64,000 nucleotides of DNA from Candidatus Heimdallarchaeum endolithica (GCA_021513715.1 CP084167.1:2976001-3040000); one strand, 5' to 3'; numbered from the stretch's first letter, positions 19,101 to 29,920 are shown. Notes: generated from the sequence alone by a model not told the origin. Numbers and translations: made by a program.

Positions 19101-19427
19101 TCCATTAGCAACAATAGAAGTATAATTGTCTATTGTTCTGATAAAAGGAGAACCAAAAGCAGAAAAACCCTTCGGAATCCCTATATTGTTTTCTTCCTCC
19201 ATTTCACCATTTTCTACTTGATTAACAATCAGGGATTCTTCTGGTTGAAAAGGAGATCGGTGCACATGAAAATTCTCACTATTGGCCCTATCTATCAGTG
19301 TGCTACTATTATTTATATTCTGAAACCCATTTTTAAGTGTTGAAATAAGATTGATACTAAATACTACTTGAATTAATAGAATACTCAATATCAAATAAGT
19401 TACAGTTTTACATAATTTAGCTTTCAT
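16200..19427 (-). CDS. Large cell-surface protein (carbohydrate-binding-like repeats + Ig-like repeats, C-terminal TM)
   Basis: Signal peptide; NGEME/NGNFE/EPSFE repeat starts; Ig-like units with NGVYELKAIAYD, YYVVAFD; C-terminal TM + KKK. Confidence 0.75.
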   Translation of the reverse strand: MKAKLCKTVTYLILSILLIQVVFSINLISTLKNGFQNINNSSTLIDRANSENFHVHRSPFQPEESLIVNQVENGEMEEENNIGIPKGFSAFGSPFIRTIDNYTSIVANGSYSGYIKSQATNIASASGNLRLSLDQSPYAYVSDMITVSFYYYIIDNYGSDNDFYFSIRFSNDRYLYYFLSYHGAYGSNNSNNGVFDINTTEFQTWKLFSRNVTEDYLAIFGSYTTEYIQHIYFRCYAAQYSYNPVEVVIDTVNITDSSDNDYMSNYNGNFENGDGSYWIDIDSDPSFVSLTDEHYSGNKAVNITAKFIQGLNSHATFRKYFGNPQGLYVYKENSLLIDFYWKIKFNLRSYDEYASFIIHFSNNTVSYYIEIVLGIGDKDFSLYSNYSSNSNYYYYIKDDGFGREDEWVHTSIDVYELYNTLNLRNITLENVDFYIGAYSQNTRVELLIDNLSIKSYAFIEPSFEQIWDPSRIFAAWETSASENCVNKTSFAHSGDWAINISSHSNYAVSTYISNMYFILKPGMISNFWYYLEKMQGDNVYVSISLLLDDTNSIHYVIANGSNINLSNQTDVVYFLLKDRNILNNWLNLKRNIYNDAISYYGVNNWNVTRITLNVDTTGTDVMTVIFDDLNLIEIGEPVIESVSLTNTPKYYQGANIVFDAYDELSDITELTLNYYNGSSWLSVIPTKVSEKGYEVNLPTLPTGTHVLFYINATDLFGNIQTDDNGGVYYSFTVIDDIEPSIELIRPYNNSLLTETVLLEANAEDEGSSIAFIEFYANLTLITNISSSPYETYWNTRNIGNGVYELKAIAYDSSGNYRSTSDKRIVTVENDFNPPLLSHIEINPSKPEYGEEVEVIVGVSEETSVKNCTLYYKFDDGNWQSTSMTSSGSLYYAYIPPVNWSTEVFYYVVAFDEFEQVSTMGFASDPYSYIATDTVLPNLVVDGPPTSTVLSGDNIKFNINGSDDGSGVAKLEVEINNTIWTANSIPQTYYLNTTSLDNGEYTIYFRLSDRANNTIEIQLVFQIHNPKGFFPKSWSAIDSVLNSYYGIAVGAATVILGIGINSIVKTIRSKKKGRTT

Positions 19428-19847
19428 AATATGTCCCTTCTATTTAAATAGTGTTCCAGTAAAATAATCTATATTGATATGTAGTATATAAACGTTATCG
19501 CAAAAATGTTTGATTGACTAAGCAAATCACATTTCTTCTCTAAAAAAATAGTAAAAATAAAAATTGGTGATAAAATCAATAATTTAATAGTTTAACAAAT
19601 AACTTTTAGTTGCAGTTCAGTAGACGAAAAACACCACCGATATTACATCCTCTTATTAGAGTTCTGATTAATTTTTTTCAGTCTCTCTTGGCAGTTTTTA
19701 CAAATTGTTCAAGATAAGACGATATAGAAAGAAGAATGAAAACAAATTATCTTGATTGTGAAACAGTATTCTGTTACAGTTACTGCAAAGTTTATTAATA
19801 AACAATAATTGTGGAAAATCGACTTAATTAAACTGGAAGACTTCATT

Positions 19848-22800
19848 ATGAAAAATAAAGTTTCAATTAATAAAAAAATAGTATTTCTATTAATAGTAGT
19901 TGTTCTAATTATTATTCCTTTGCAGAATAAAAATAATTACAACAACCAGTTAGATGAATTTGTTAGCTCAAATCAATTTCTTACAGATTCAGTAGATGAA
20001 AAAATGTTAATGAAAAAAGATGTAAATGAAGAAAATTTCAAGAATGAAATTAATGATACAGAGTTTATTAGTACAACTATAGAATTAGGGAGCTTTTATG
20101 ATGATACAATAAAATATAGCGAAACACAAAATTGGTATGACTTTTCTTTAACAAACGATGATTTAATTGTTCTTTATCTTGATTTTTACGGTTGGAATAT
20201 TGAATCATCGAAAGTTGAAACAAAAGTTATGTTGAAGATCTATTCAGAAAATTTTGAACTCCTGTCATTTAATGATTATTCATACTCCGCTAATCTTAAT
20301 CCACTTATACAATTAGAACTGAAAGCAGGAAAATATTATGTGTTAGTTGAAAAAGAAAAAGAAGAAAACTCTAGCTATAGTTATATGATCACAGTAAAAT
20401 CAAGCCTTGAACACGCACAAAATACAAAAATAGACAATGCACTCAATGTTAATATCGGAGAAGAAATTAAAGGAGATATATTAGTAAACAATCAATCTTG
20501 GTTTTCCTTTAATATTGATGAACCAAAGTATATCCTAGTGAACTTTACTTTGGAAAACGATTTACTATTATCATGGCTATATGATGATAATGGATTTTTA
20601 ATAGAAGTAGACGATGAAATGTTTTCCTCATTATTATCGCCAGGAACATATTATATTATGTTAGAAGGACTTGGAAATCACTATATTGTGAGTTATAGTT
20701 TGATAATATCAGAAATTGAAATTCAATCATTTGATACTATAAGTAACAAAGGAAGAACTTACTTTGGATCAAATTCAAAGATGAACTATCTAGCCTACCA
20801 GATTGAACTAAGTTCACCTTCATTTGTTAAATTGACAATTAGTAGTGATTACTCAACTGTCCTTATTTATAATAACTCTGTAAAATTGATTCAAGAAGTA
20901 GAAGATAACGAAGGAATAACACTTGATTCAGGAAACTACTTTTTAATAGCTGTAATTAAAGCTTATTACGATTTATGGTCTTCACCTCCCTGCTACTATT
21001 ATGTTCAAGTTACAGAAAAATCTGTAAAGGATAGTAACAAACTTTCTTTAAATGAAGAGCTTACAGATAGTTTTAGTGAAATTAATATCTTTAATGGTTA
21101 TGAGTTAAACATCAATACAAGTGGTTTCTATCATTTTGAAATTTCCAGTTCATTAGATGAATACATTTTCCTAGTTTATGACACTAATTTTACTAAAACA
21201 ATAGAGTTTGAATTTTACAAAGGTTATTCTAATACAGAAAATACAACATGGTTCTATTTAGAAAATGATGTCTACTATGTTATTGTAATGAATAACGATT
21301 ATTATGGTAACACTGGGTCATACAATATTATTTTATATTATGAAGAGACAACTCAAATTTCTGTCAGTGATACAATAGAGACACCTAATAAAGGAATAGT
21401 TCTTAATATTTTATCTCCTCAATTAATCAAGTTTGAGGCAACAAGCGATGAAAAAATAAGTTTAATCATGTCAAATGAGAGTCAAGTAATAGCTAACGTA
21501 GATCATAATTCTTACAAAGCAACAATAATACACTATGTGACGAAAGGTACATATTATTTCTCGATTATTTCGAGAACAGACAATAACTTAACAGTTTCTG
21601 TTACAACAGAAGAGTTTCAACAATTAAGTGAGAAAAATATCTTTGTTAAGCAAAACGAAAATTCGAGGTGGTATTACCAAAAAATAAGTGAAAAGTCTTA
21701 TTTTAAGTTTACCTCACCAAAGTATAACTTTGATGTTTACATTTATTCGCTTAATAGCTCACAAAGATTTTATTATAATCGTTATCAACTTGATTTTCTA
21801 ATACTTGAGTTAGAAGCAAGTGATTACCTCATAAAAATTGATTACTCAAATATTGATTATTCAGGAGAAATAGAATTTTATTTTGAAATTATCGATAGTT
21901 TAAGAAACGCAAAAATAAATGTGCCAACATCATTAACGAGTTACAATGAATGTTTCACTTTTGATGTTACTGAGATGGACTTTTATTATATCTACATTAA
22001 CAATTCAAACTTTAGAAATATGACTTTTAGCTACCGAATTAGCCAAAAAAACGGAAAAATACTTCATGGCTATTATTTTTCTCAATCAGGAATGATACAA
22101 AGCCTAATTTTATTATCACCAGGAGAATATGTACTCACGATCTCTCCCCCTTCAACATATGTTATTGAAAATATAACTTTTACAATTGCATCATCTCAAG
22201 ATATTACTGATTATGTCAAAATTGGAGATAATAAAAATACAATTCAATCAGGCAAATATTATTCTTCTTTACTTGAACCTAACGATGTAGATATTTACGT
22301 GCTTACAGTAACAGAAAATACGATCCTTGAGATGAGTTTTATCTATGGGGATTATTATTATATACAAGGAAATCGTTTTGGCCTGAATATTTATTTTGAT
22401 AACGGAGTACTACTCGATAAATATACAGACATTGTAGACGATACATGTGTTCTTTCTGCAGGAACCTACTATATTATGGTATATGTTTATAGCTATTATT
22501 ATGTAAGCGATATATCTCAATATGTTTTTTATTGTACATTAAACCCCATGAAATTAGAAGACTCAGAGGATTTTAATGTTAAAATATTTAATGAAGAAGA
22601 TGTAACTGTTGAGGAAACAATAACATATGACAATAGAACAGCTCTTTTCATTCTTGAATCAACAGAAGACGGCACATTATTCCTCCTTTTTGACAAAGAA
22701 ACAAATTTGTCGTTTCTAAACTATAAACTAGTAATTTATATAATAGATAATAACACCAAAATGACTAGGGCATATTATGAAGAGGATATAGACGAATATG

Positions 22801-23603
22801 GAAACAATAAAATAGAAATAGATAGAATAGAAAAAAGTAATATAATTATAATGAAATTTAAGTTTGAACCTTGTGATCACGACGCTTATTTATCATTTTT
22901 TGTTTCATATCATATTTATCAGTTTTTTGAAAGACCAGACTTGGCTAATGCAGAAAAGATAACTTTTGATCAACAATTGAATGTATCTATACGCGATGAA
23001 ATATGGTTTAAGTTCAATTTCGATAAAAAAACTAAAATTATTATTGATATTGAAGTAAATTCATTCATACTCAATCCTTTTTCATCATATTATTACCAGG
23101 ATGAAGCAGTTAATTCTTCATCATTATATGTCACCTTTTACTCGATCGATGAAGAAGGAGGAACAATATATTTAAGCCATAATGAAAGCGATGAAATAAC
23201 AAATGGACAAAAAATGATAGTAGAAGCAACTTTTAAAGCAGGTAACTATTGTTTAACTATTGATCCTGAAGATTTTATCTTTGATTTAAGTGTAGCCTTC
23301 CACCAAAGTGATGATGTACATATTATAAACAGTACTTCAGGTAAGGTGCAATTTATTATCTTCTCTCTCTTAATTGTAGAAGGTTTCATTTTTTACATAA
23401 CTGGAAATTTTGAATACACAGAAAGAGGAAATTTTGAAGAAAAAATTAGTTATGATGGAGGAAGAACATGGCATCATTCTCGATATTTGAATGAAGTGAA
23501 GAGAAGAAGTACTGCACTGCCCATGAAGGCAAGAATTGTTGCCTTAGTAATTGGAGCAACTGCTGTCAGTTTTATATCATATTTGTTATTATTCAAAAGA
23601 TAG
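19848..23603 (+). CDS. Large extracellular protein with tandem PPC-like beta-sandwich repeats and two C-terminal TM helices
   Basis: Likely ATG at 19848; signal anchor; recurring L..G.YYI motifs (LKAGKYYV, LSPGTYYI, LDSGNYF, LSAGTYYI); two TMs at the C-terminus. Confidence 0.7.
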   Translation: MKNKVSINKKIVFLLIVVVLIIIPLQNKNNYNNQLDEFVSSNQFLTDSVDEKMLMKKDVNEENFKNEINDTEFISTTIELGSFYDDTIKYSETQNWYDFSLTNDDLIVLYLDFYGWNIESSKVETKVMLKIYSENFELLSFNDYSYSANLNPLIQLELKAGKYYVLVEKEKEENSSYSYMITVKSSLEHAQNTKIDNALNVNIGEEIKGDILVNNQSWFSFNIDEPKYILVNFTLENDLLLSWLYDDNGFLIEVDDEMFSSLLSPGTYYIMLEGLGNHYIVSYSLIISEIEIQSFDTISNKGRTYFGSNSKMNYLAYQIELSSPSFVKLTISSDYSTVLIYNNSVKLIQEVEDNEGITLDSGNYFLIAVIKAYYDLWSSPPCYYYVQVTEKSVKDSNKLSLNEELTDSFSEINIFNGYELNINTSGFYHFEISSSLDEYIFLVYDTNFTKTIEFEFYKGYSNTENTTWFYLENDVYYVIVMNNDYYGNTGSYNIILYYEETTQISVSDTIETPNKGIVLNILSPQLIKFEATSDEKISLIMSNESQVIANVDHNSYKATIIHYVTKGTYYFSIISRTDNNLTVSVTTEEFQQLSEKNIFVKQNENSRWYYQKISEKSYFKFTSPKYNFDVYIYSLNSSQRFYYNRYQLDFLILELEASDYLIKIDYSNIDYSGEIEFYFEIIDSLRNAKINVPTSLTSYNECFTFDVTEMDFYYIYINNSNFRNMTFSYRISQKNGKILHGYYFSQSGMIQSLILLSPGEYVLTISPPSTYVIENITFTIASSQDITDYVKIGDNKNTIQSGKYYSSLLEPNDVDIYVLTVTENTILEMSFIYGDYYYIQGNRFGLNIYFDNGVLLDKYTDIVDDTCVLSAGTYYIMVYVYSYYYVSDISQYVFYCTLNPMKLEDSEDFNVKIFNEEDVTVEETITYDNRTALFILESTEDGTLFLLFDKETNLSFLNYKLVIYIIDNNTKMTRAYYEEDIDEYGNNKIEIDRIEKSNIIIMKFKFEPCDHDAYLSFFVSYHIYQFFERPDLANAEKITFDQQLNVSIRDEIWFKFNFDKKTKIIIDIEVNSFILNPFSSYYYQDEAVNSSSLYVTFYSIDEEGGTIYLSHNESDEITNGQKMIVEATFKAGNYCLTIDPEDFIFDLSVAFHQSDDVHIINSTSGKVQFIIFSLLIVEGFIFYITGNFEYTERGNFEEKISYDGGRTWHHSRYLNEVKRRSTALPMKARIVALVIGATAVSFISYLLLFKR

Positions 23604-24026
23604 TTCAAATATTTATAATTCTTATTTTTTCTTTTTATTCTAAAGTAGATTAAAATAATTTCAATTTTAAATAGTATAAAACTCATCAAAAGCAAGAACA
23701 AGGATATTAAGATGAATGTTCGCAAAATAATTGATAATAGATTAACAGCAAGAATTCTTAATATATTGTCTCAAGGTTATCTTCTTGTATAGGGCACAAT
23801 CTAATAACATAGTATGTTCTTAACTTTTTTACTAAGTTTTAGTCCTTTTAGAGAAATAAGTGCTTTTAGCCATTAAAGTCAGATATTTGGGTTAAAGCCT
23901 ACTTTATACAACAATAATACCAAATCATCCAATTGTCTGCTATTTTTTGTTAAAACATATAAATAACCAATCTACTGCCAGTGGAAAAAATATTTAATAT
24001 CTTGTTATTAGATGTTTTGACGTTAA

Positions 24027-25574
24027 ATGACTGTCAATGAATATGTTGTAATGGAATTCTTTCTCGAGCAGATGTCTCAAAATAAAATTACTTTTTTGGC
24101 TGATCGCCCAAGGCAGAAAGAAATTATCCGTGAAAAAATACTTCACTTAACCAAGTGTGATAATCTTCACGATAAGATTTTGGCTGCAAAAAGCCTATGG
24201 AGAGTACTTTTTGAGAGTGCAATGAGTTTTATTGATGAAAATAAGAGAGGGTATGATGATCTTTTCTCTTACTTTGATGCTTTTGTTAATTTTGAGGAGT
24301 TGATTTTTGCTTCCGATTCTTTTTATAGAGATCATACTTTACATAGTCTTTGGGTTTATTTTCTTGGTGAATATCTATTTAGAGCACAGGAATTTCAACC
24401 TCTTTGGACGAATTTTAACTATCCATTCCGTGTTTTACTAAAAGCTAAAAAGATTCTTGAACATTTAGATTGTCCTGAGGTTTTTGAAACTTATTCAAAA
24501 ACTCTTGATGCTATTATTCCTTTTATTAATTTTGAAGATTCTATTCGCTGTATTGCTGCTCTAACGCATGATTTAGGTTATCCTCTAAAAAAGGTAGAAA
24601 AAATCAATAAATCTATAAGAACAGTACTTCCTTATTTTGCAGTATTTGACGTCGAAGAGTTTAATTTTAAATTTGATACAACACAGCAATTTTACATTTC
24701 TAAATTTTTAGAATTATTGGGTTATGAACTAATGATAACCCCAAAATCACCCAAAATATATGATGATGAACTATTGCAACCATTAAAACCATTTATTAAT
24801 AAACTTAATGAACTCCTTACAACAAGTCTTAAACAGGAAATAGCAGAAGAAGCAATTCAGTTTATGAAATCTGAATTAGCTAATCTTTCTCCCAGGCATA
24901 AGAGATTATTAAATCAAATTTATAGACTAAATGGAAGATTTGAAACAATAATCACACGCCTTCTTAGATTTTCTGATGATTTTGAAAAATTTAAACATGG
25001 TATTATGAGTTCATTTTTACTTGTTAAATTATTAAGCACCTTTGCAAATATAGATATCCGCTATTCAGATCCTGCAGATATTCCTATAATGACTATGAAT
25101 TTACCTTCTATTTTTGCAAAGTTAGAGATATTAAAAGCAGTAGCCAATCACACTAGTAGTTATCGTATTCAAAACTTTAACGACTTTTCATCCTTACTTA
25201 TACTAATCGATGAAATAGAAGAATTTTCAAGAATATCTCGTGCTAATCAATTTAGGCAATATGTAAACGAATTTTGTAGTTCATCAATTTTTTTCTCTGA
25301 TAACTGCCTTACAATTAATTTTATCTTTGATAATCCAAATATTCCAGATCTGAATCCAGAACTTGCATTTAAAGGTAAAGCGAATCGTTTTCTTGATCTG
25401 TTCGATATTTCAGAGTTTCAAGAAGATTTATCTGTCAAATTTATAGTAACTGATAAAATGAACACTCCAGGAAGAAATTATGAATTAATAATTGAAAAAA
25501 ATAATTTTGAGATTCTAATTGATAACGAGAAAAAAGAACCTTCCGCATACCTAAAAACCTATGAAATAGTTTAA
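24027..25574 (+). CDS. HD-superfamily metal-dependent phosphohydrolase
   Basis: RDHTLHS, AALTHDLGYP, KHG, ANH, LILIDEIEE. Confidence 0.7.
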   Translation: MTVNEYVVMEFFLEQMSQNKITFLADRPRQKEIIREKILHLTKCDNLHDKILAAKSLWRVLFESAMSFIDENKRGYDDLFSYFDAFVNFEELIFASDSFYRDHTLHSLWVYFLGEYLFRAQEFQPLWTNFNYPFRVLLKAKKILEHLDCPEVFETYSKTLDAIIPFINFEDSIRCIAALTHDLGYPLKKVEKINKSIRTVLPYFAVFDVEEFNFKFDTTQQFYISKFLELLGYELMITPKSPKIYDDELLQPLKPFINKLNELLTTSLKQEIAEEAIQFMKSELANLSPRHKRLLNQIYRLNGRFETIITRLLRFSDDFEKFKHGIMSSFLLVKLLSTFANIDIRYSDPADIPIMTMNLPSIFAKLEILKAVANHTSSYRIQNFNDFSSLLILIDEIEEFSRISRANQFRQYVNEFCSSSIFFSDNCLTINFIFDNPNIPDLNPELAFKGKANRFLDLFDISEFQEDLSVKFIVTDKMNTPGRNYELIIEKNNFEILIDNEKKEPSAYLKTYEIV

Positions 25575-26116
25575 TAAAAAATCTAAAAAACAGAAGTTAT
25601 GTTAGTAGAATAAATTTTGCTAAATTCAAAGCTTTTCTGATTACAATAACACTTATCTTCTTTATTTTCTTACCTCTACTGTTAACTTTGATGCTCAACT
25701 CTTTATTACCTAAGAATAATCAATTAGCTCTTTTTAGTTCTAAAATCATATTTTGTTTATCGCTATCAAGGTGCCCTAACTTAAACGCTTTTTAAAATTT
25801 GCTTGTTAGGAGGAATAGAATAAATTTGTTTTCATCTCTTTGGATATCAATACCAGTTTTTATGTTAATGATTATTAGAAGCGTATATCACTTAAATTCT
25901 TTAGTGAAATTATTAATTATATTCCTTTTTTTAGAAAATTTAGTTTCAATATCTTCAATTTGAAAGATTGTTTCTATTTTTTCTTTTTATATACTCTTTT
26001 CTTGATATTTTTTAATTATTTGTAAAATCTGCCTATCTCTTCACTGTTACCTTTTAGAAATATTATTATCTCTTCATATCGAAAAATTTAAATCTATAGG
26101 TGTATCTTTTCATTCC

Positions 26117-27073
26117 ATGTCGGATAAAACTCTATTTAAAAAACAATTATTGTTTAAGTATTTACCAGTAGCAATTTTACTTATTGTTATTGGTATAATC
26201 GAACTTCTTTCTATTCTTTTAAATTTTAACCGCCCACAAGATGCTCCTGAGCTGACATGGTTTTTAATTATTATTTTGTTAATCGTAGGTATTACAGCAG
26301 GTTTTCTAGGCGGTATTATTGGTACTGGTGGTTGCAGTGTTATGCTTCCAATATTACACTTTTGGTTGGGTTTCCCTGCTCCACTTGCAGTTGGTACAAC
26401 ATTATTTGCTGTTATTTTTACTGCTATATCTGGTGGGTATGGACACTTAATCCGAAAAAATGTAGATAAAAGAGCATCCATTATCTTAGGATTATCGGGT
26501 GTTGCTGGTGTCGCTCTTGGTTCTTGGTTATTTACTATGCTGACTGGAGAAAACACAGTAAAATATTTGAGTTTGATTCTTGGTATTGTTTTTATATGGC
26601 CCGCAATTAGGATGACTTGGGAAGGAATAAGGGGCAAGATAATAGATAAAAAAGGTTCTACGGAAATAAAAACAGAGACTAAAGAACAAGTAATTAAAGG
26701 ATCAGTTATATGGTTAAGTGTGTTTGGTTTTATTATTGGAATAACTACTGGCTTAATTGGTCTTGGAGGTGGTTATGCTCTTGTTCCTGGATTTATATAT
26801 CTGTTTGGAGCACCTGTTTATATAACAATGGGTACTTCTTTGGCTATTATGATACCTTTAGCTTTAACTGGTGGGTTGATTAAATTATTCCAAGGATATG
26901 TTGTTCTTGACGCCGCTCTGCTTCTTGCAGCAGGAACAATTATTGGTGCTCAAATAGGTTCTGCTGTGATTAAAAAATTCAGACCTTATTACTTGAAGCT
27001 CATATTTGGTTTGTATTTTGTTTACGTTTCATTAAAGTTCATATTCGGCTTTTTTGGTTTGAGAATATGGTAA
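26117..27073 (+). CDS. TauE/SafE-family sulfite/organosulfur exporter
   Basis: Two repeats G..GG..GTGG / GLIGLGGG..VP, AVGTTL / MGTSL. Confidence 0.88.
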   Translation: MSDKTLFKKQLLFKYLPVAILLIVIGIIELLSILLNFNRPQDAPELTWFLIIILLIVGITAGFLGGIIGTGGCSVMLPILHFWLGFPAPLAVGTTLFAVIFTAISGGYGHLIRKNVDKRASIILGLSGVAGVALGSWLFTMLTGENTVKYLSLILGIVFIWPAIRMTWEGIRGKIIDKKGSTEIKTETKEQVIKGSVIWLSVFGFIIGITTGLIGLGGGYALVPGFIYLFGAPVYITMGTSLAIMIPLALTGGLIKLFQGYVVLDAALLLAAGTIIGAQIGSAVIKKFRPYYLKLIFGLYFVYVSLKFIFGFFGLRIW

Positions 27074-27324
27074 AAATTAATCAAAATTTAAATATTCTTT
27101 TTTTTTCTTTTCATTAATAATAATTAAAATGATTAACAGTGTATTTTTAGTTGAAAAATTACTAAATATCTGATTATTTAACGTTTTTAACGATTATAGA
27201 TTTATAGTTACGCTGAAGGTTCTTTTTCTCATTATCAATTAGAATCTCAAAATTTTTTTGTAATTATTAAGTTGATGAAATAGTTTAATAGAAAAAGGAT
27301 TGAATATACTATAAAAATTGATTT

Positions 27325-28446
27325 TCACATTTTCTTTTGGCTGTCTATTAACATAAGTACACTTTGTTCTTTGGGTTTTTCATAGCCCCATTTGTTAATA
27401 AATTGCTTCCAACGAGAGTAGATCTTTAATTTATCTGCTTCTGATATTCGATATGAACTTGGTTTGTAATCTTTTGTTTTTTCTAAATATTTGTCAAACA
27501 TGGGTTTAGCATCGTTAAATCCTGGTAAAGATAAATCTTGATAAATCCCTTCTAATACTTTAATCGGATTCTTTACAAATTCTTCGTATCTAATTTCAAC
27601 ATAGTTCTCTTTAGGTATTAAATCTAAATCTTGGTAAAACTTGTTGTACATCTGCTCAAAGTTTGATAGAACGAACTCATCTAGGTCTTCTTCTCTTTCT
27701 TGTAGTTGAAGCAAACTGATAAGTTTCTCATGCATCCTTTTAGTTGAAAAGAAAACTTTGTACGGGTTTCTAATAATATGTATAAACTTTGCTTCTGGGA
27801 AAAGTTCAGTTAGTAGATCTACCCTTGCAGTATCTATAGGACTTTTCATTACTAGTCTTTTATCTTGTTTCTTAATTTCTAGTTTTTTGATCAAATAAAG
27901 AATACTTCTTTTTAGTTTTCTTTTTTCTTTTTTTGAGACATTCTTGAAAGTTACATACCTGTTATAATAGTCTTGGTTGGTTGGAAAATAAGCTCCTGTG
28001 TAAGGAGACATTGTACAAAGATTAGCTATTGCGAAATCATGTTCGCTTGGAGATTCAGCTTTAATTTTCATATTATCTTGAGGTCTTTTTTCTGGTAAGA
28101 ATAATGATAAAAGCCAATTAAAGAAACGGGAGAACCCTAGGAAATAGTAGGGAAAAACACTTTCTGTTAATGTTATGAATTCATGTTGAGGATCACTTAC
28201 TAACAATTCATGCAGAAATGTTGTTCCTGTTCTCCAATGACCTAATATAAAAATTGGTTGTTTCTTTATTTTGTGCTTTGATATTTTACGATCAAAAAGA
28301 ATTTTTTCGATAAGTATTAATGGACTGAAAATAAAAGTTAGAAAAGTTATTACTATTGCTCGTGAGATGTATTTCCAGGAGATTTTGAATTTATTTTCAA
28401 ATAGTAATTTCATCCATTTAGCAAAACTAGTTCCGACTACAAACAT
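27325..28446 (-). CDS. PAPS-dependent sulfotransferase (Stf3-like)
   Basis: 5'-PSB GHWRTGTT, KSP, 3'-PB RNPYKVFFS, RYEEF. Confidence 0.88.
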   Translation of the reverse strand: MFVVGTSFAKWMKLLFENKFKISWKYISRAIVITFLTFIFSPLILIEKILFDRKISKHKIKKQPIFILGHWRTGTTFLHELLVSDPQHEFITLTESVFPYYFLGFSRFFNWLLSLFLPEKRPQDNMKIKAESPSEHDFAIANLCTMSPYTGAYFPTNQDYYNRYVTFKNVSKKEKRKLKRSILYLIKKLEIKKQDKRLVMKSPIDTARVDLLTELFPEAKFIHIIRNPYKVFFSTKRMHEKLISLLQLQEREEDLDEFVLSNFEQMYNKFYQDLDLIPKENYVEIRYEEFVKNPIKVLEGIYQDLSLPGFNDAKPMFDKYLEKTKDYKPSSYRISEADKLKIYSRWKQFINKWGYEKPKEQSVLMLIDSQKKM

Positions 28447-28633
28447 ATGCTCTCTTCTCTATAGATCTTTTTTCTAATTACTAGAGAAATTGAAAATTCA
28501 TTACATTTTGCGTGAAACAAAGATGGGTATTTATAAAGCTCTGAGTGAAACAATTGTAGTTTGTCAATTAAATGTTAAATGAAAAATTAATTCAGAGTCA
28601 AAATTTTCTTATTTACTGTTAACCTTTTTTTCA

Positions 28634-29533
28634 TTAATCTACAAGTGTGAATTTGCAATTAATGTCTCCTTTTGCCCTACATTCTGTTTCCTTAACATTA
28701 ATTTTGGGGTTATTTAATGCTCCTTCTATAAAACCAGTAAAAAAATTGCACATGGGTTCTTCTGAAGTATATCCCCTACAAATTGGGCAAAGTTTCATGA
28801 TGAATTGGTTATTTTGTTCATCAAAATCTACCACAGAAATTTCAGATAGTAAGTTATAAATTTCTTTGGGGCTAATGACAAGTTTCTTTGAGTATCTTTT
28901 TTTAGCAAGTTTATAACCAAAATATTTTCCTATAGATTCTAAAACATTTTTCTTTATTTTTTCATCATATTTTGAGTATAACTCTCTAGCTAACTTTGCA
29001 GTTCGTTCTGGATATCCATCAAGTAAACCTTTTTCCAATTTAACAGATTCTAGTAGTATGGACAATGGAAGGTTAGGGTCGAAAATGTTGAAAAATTCAG
29101 GGTTTGTTTGATAAAGGTGATACAATTGGTCGTATAACTTCTGAGCTTTTAATTCAAATGTTTCAAAAATTGATTTTTCAATATAGGTAATATCTTGAGT
29201 CTGAAAGAAATAAGAGAAATCTTTTAAAAACTCTATTTCTATCTGTTTAACAAGAAATTGACCTAATTTTACATCATCTTTTTCAAAAGCATGAACAACA
29301 AAGATTAACCCATGTTTTGATGAATAAATAAGTGTTCCATCTTCTGTTTGTATAGCATAAAGGTTAGAATGTCCTAACTCTTTTAAGAATAGGTCTATCG
29401 CACTTGAAACTCCAGCAAAAAGGATTTCATCAATATCTTGTTTTTTGTCAATTGAAAATTTGAATACTGGTAATCCTGTTAAGTGAAAGATGTAAATAGC
29501 TTTAATCATGTACGATTTACTTTTTCTAGGCAT
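28634..29533 (-). CDS. Longin-like domain fused to V4R domain
   Basis: N-term IYIFHLTGLPVF...LFAGVSSAIDLFLKEL...LIFVV (longin pattern); C-term CPIC...CNFFTGFIEG...ETECRAKGDINCKF (V4R). Confidence 0.75.
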   Translation of the reverse strand: MPRKSKSYMIKAIYIFHLTGLPVFKFSIDKKQDIDEILFAGVSSAIDLFLKELGHSNLYAIQTEDGTLIYSSKHGLIFVVHAFEKDDVKLGQFLVKQIEIEFLKDFSYFFQTQDITYIEKSIFETFELKAQKLYDQLYHLYQTNPEFFNIFDPNLPLSILLESVKLEKGLLDGYPERTAKLARELYSKYDEKIKKNVLESIGKYFGYKLAKKRYSKKLVISPKEIYNLLSEISVVDFDEQNNQFIMKLCPICRGYTSEEPMCNFFTGFIEGALNNPKINVKETECRAKGDINCKFTLVD

Positions 29534-29562
29534 CTTTTTTACTTTTTGGTTTTTTTGCTAAA

Positions 29563-29919
29563 TTATTCTCCAAGTAATCTTTTTGACATCTGATAAAACT
29601 GGAAAAACATGAACACCAATAAGATAACTGCTATTACCAATAAACCTAATTTTGTTGGCTTCCAAATCTGATCATAAAATGATTTTGGGTTAAACCAAAA
29701 AAATTCATCATAAGCGTTCATCAATGAGCTAAGTGTGCCAAGTATTCCAAAGCTCAATAATGGGTAGAATATCTTCTTTTTTTCAAAAAGTGGGAAACGT
29801 TTTCGCAATATAAATATTATAGTTACTAGAAAAATGAAAGTAATAAATAATAACACATCAAAAATTGACTTTAGGATAGCTAAAATATTATCAGGTAGGT
29901 GAAGGATAACAGAAACCAT
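29563..29919 (-). CDS. 3-TM membrane protein
   Basis: Three hydrophobic helices; operonic with neighbours (1 bp and 29 bp gaps). Confidence 0.7.
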   Translation of the reverse strand: MVSVILHLPDNILAILKSIFDVLLFITFIFLVTIIFILRKRFPLFEKKKIFYPLLSFGILGTLSSLMNAYDEFFWFNPKSFYDQIWKPTKLGLLVIAVILLVFMFFQFYQMSKRLLGE

Positions 29920-29920
29920 C

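Noticed and set aside
25580-26100. Degraded minus-strand coding-like sequence (also 23610-24000)
   Set aside because: Multiple stops and no recognisable family; cannot be called without homology search.
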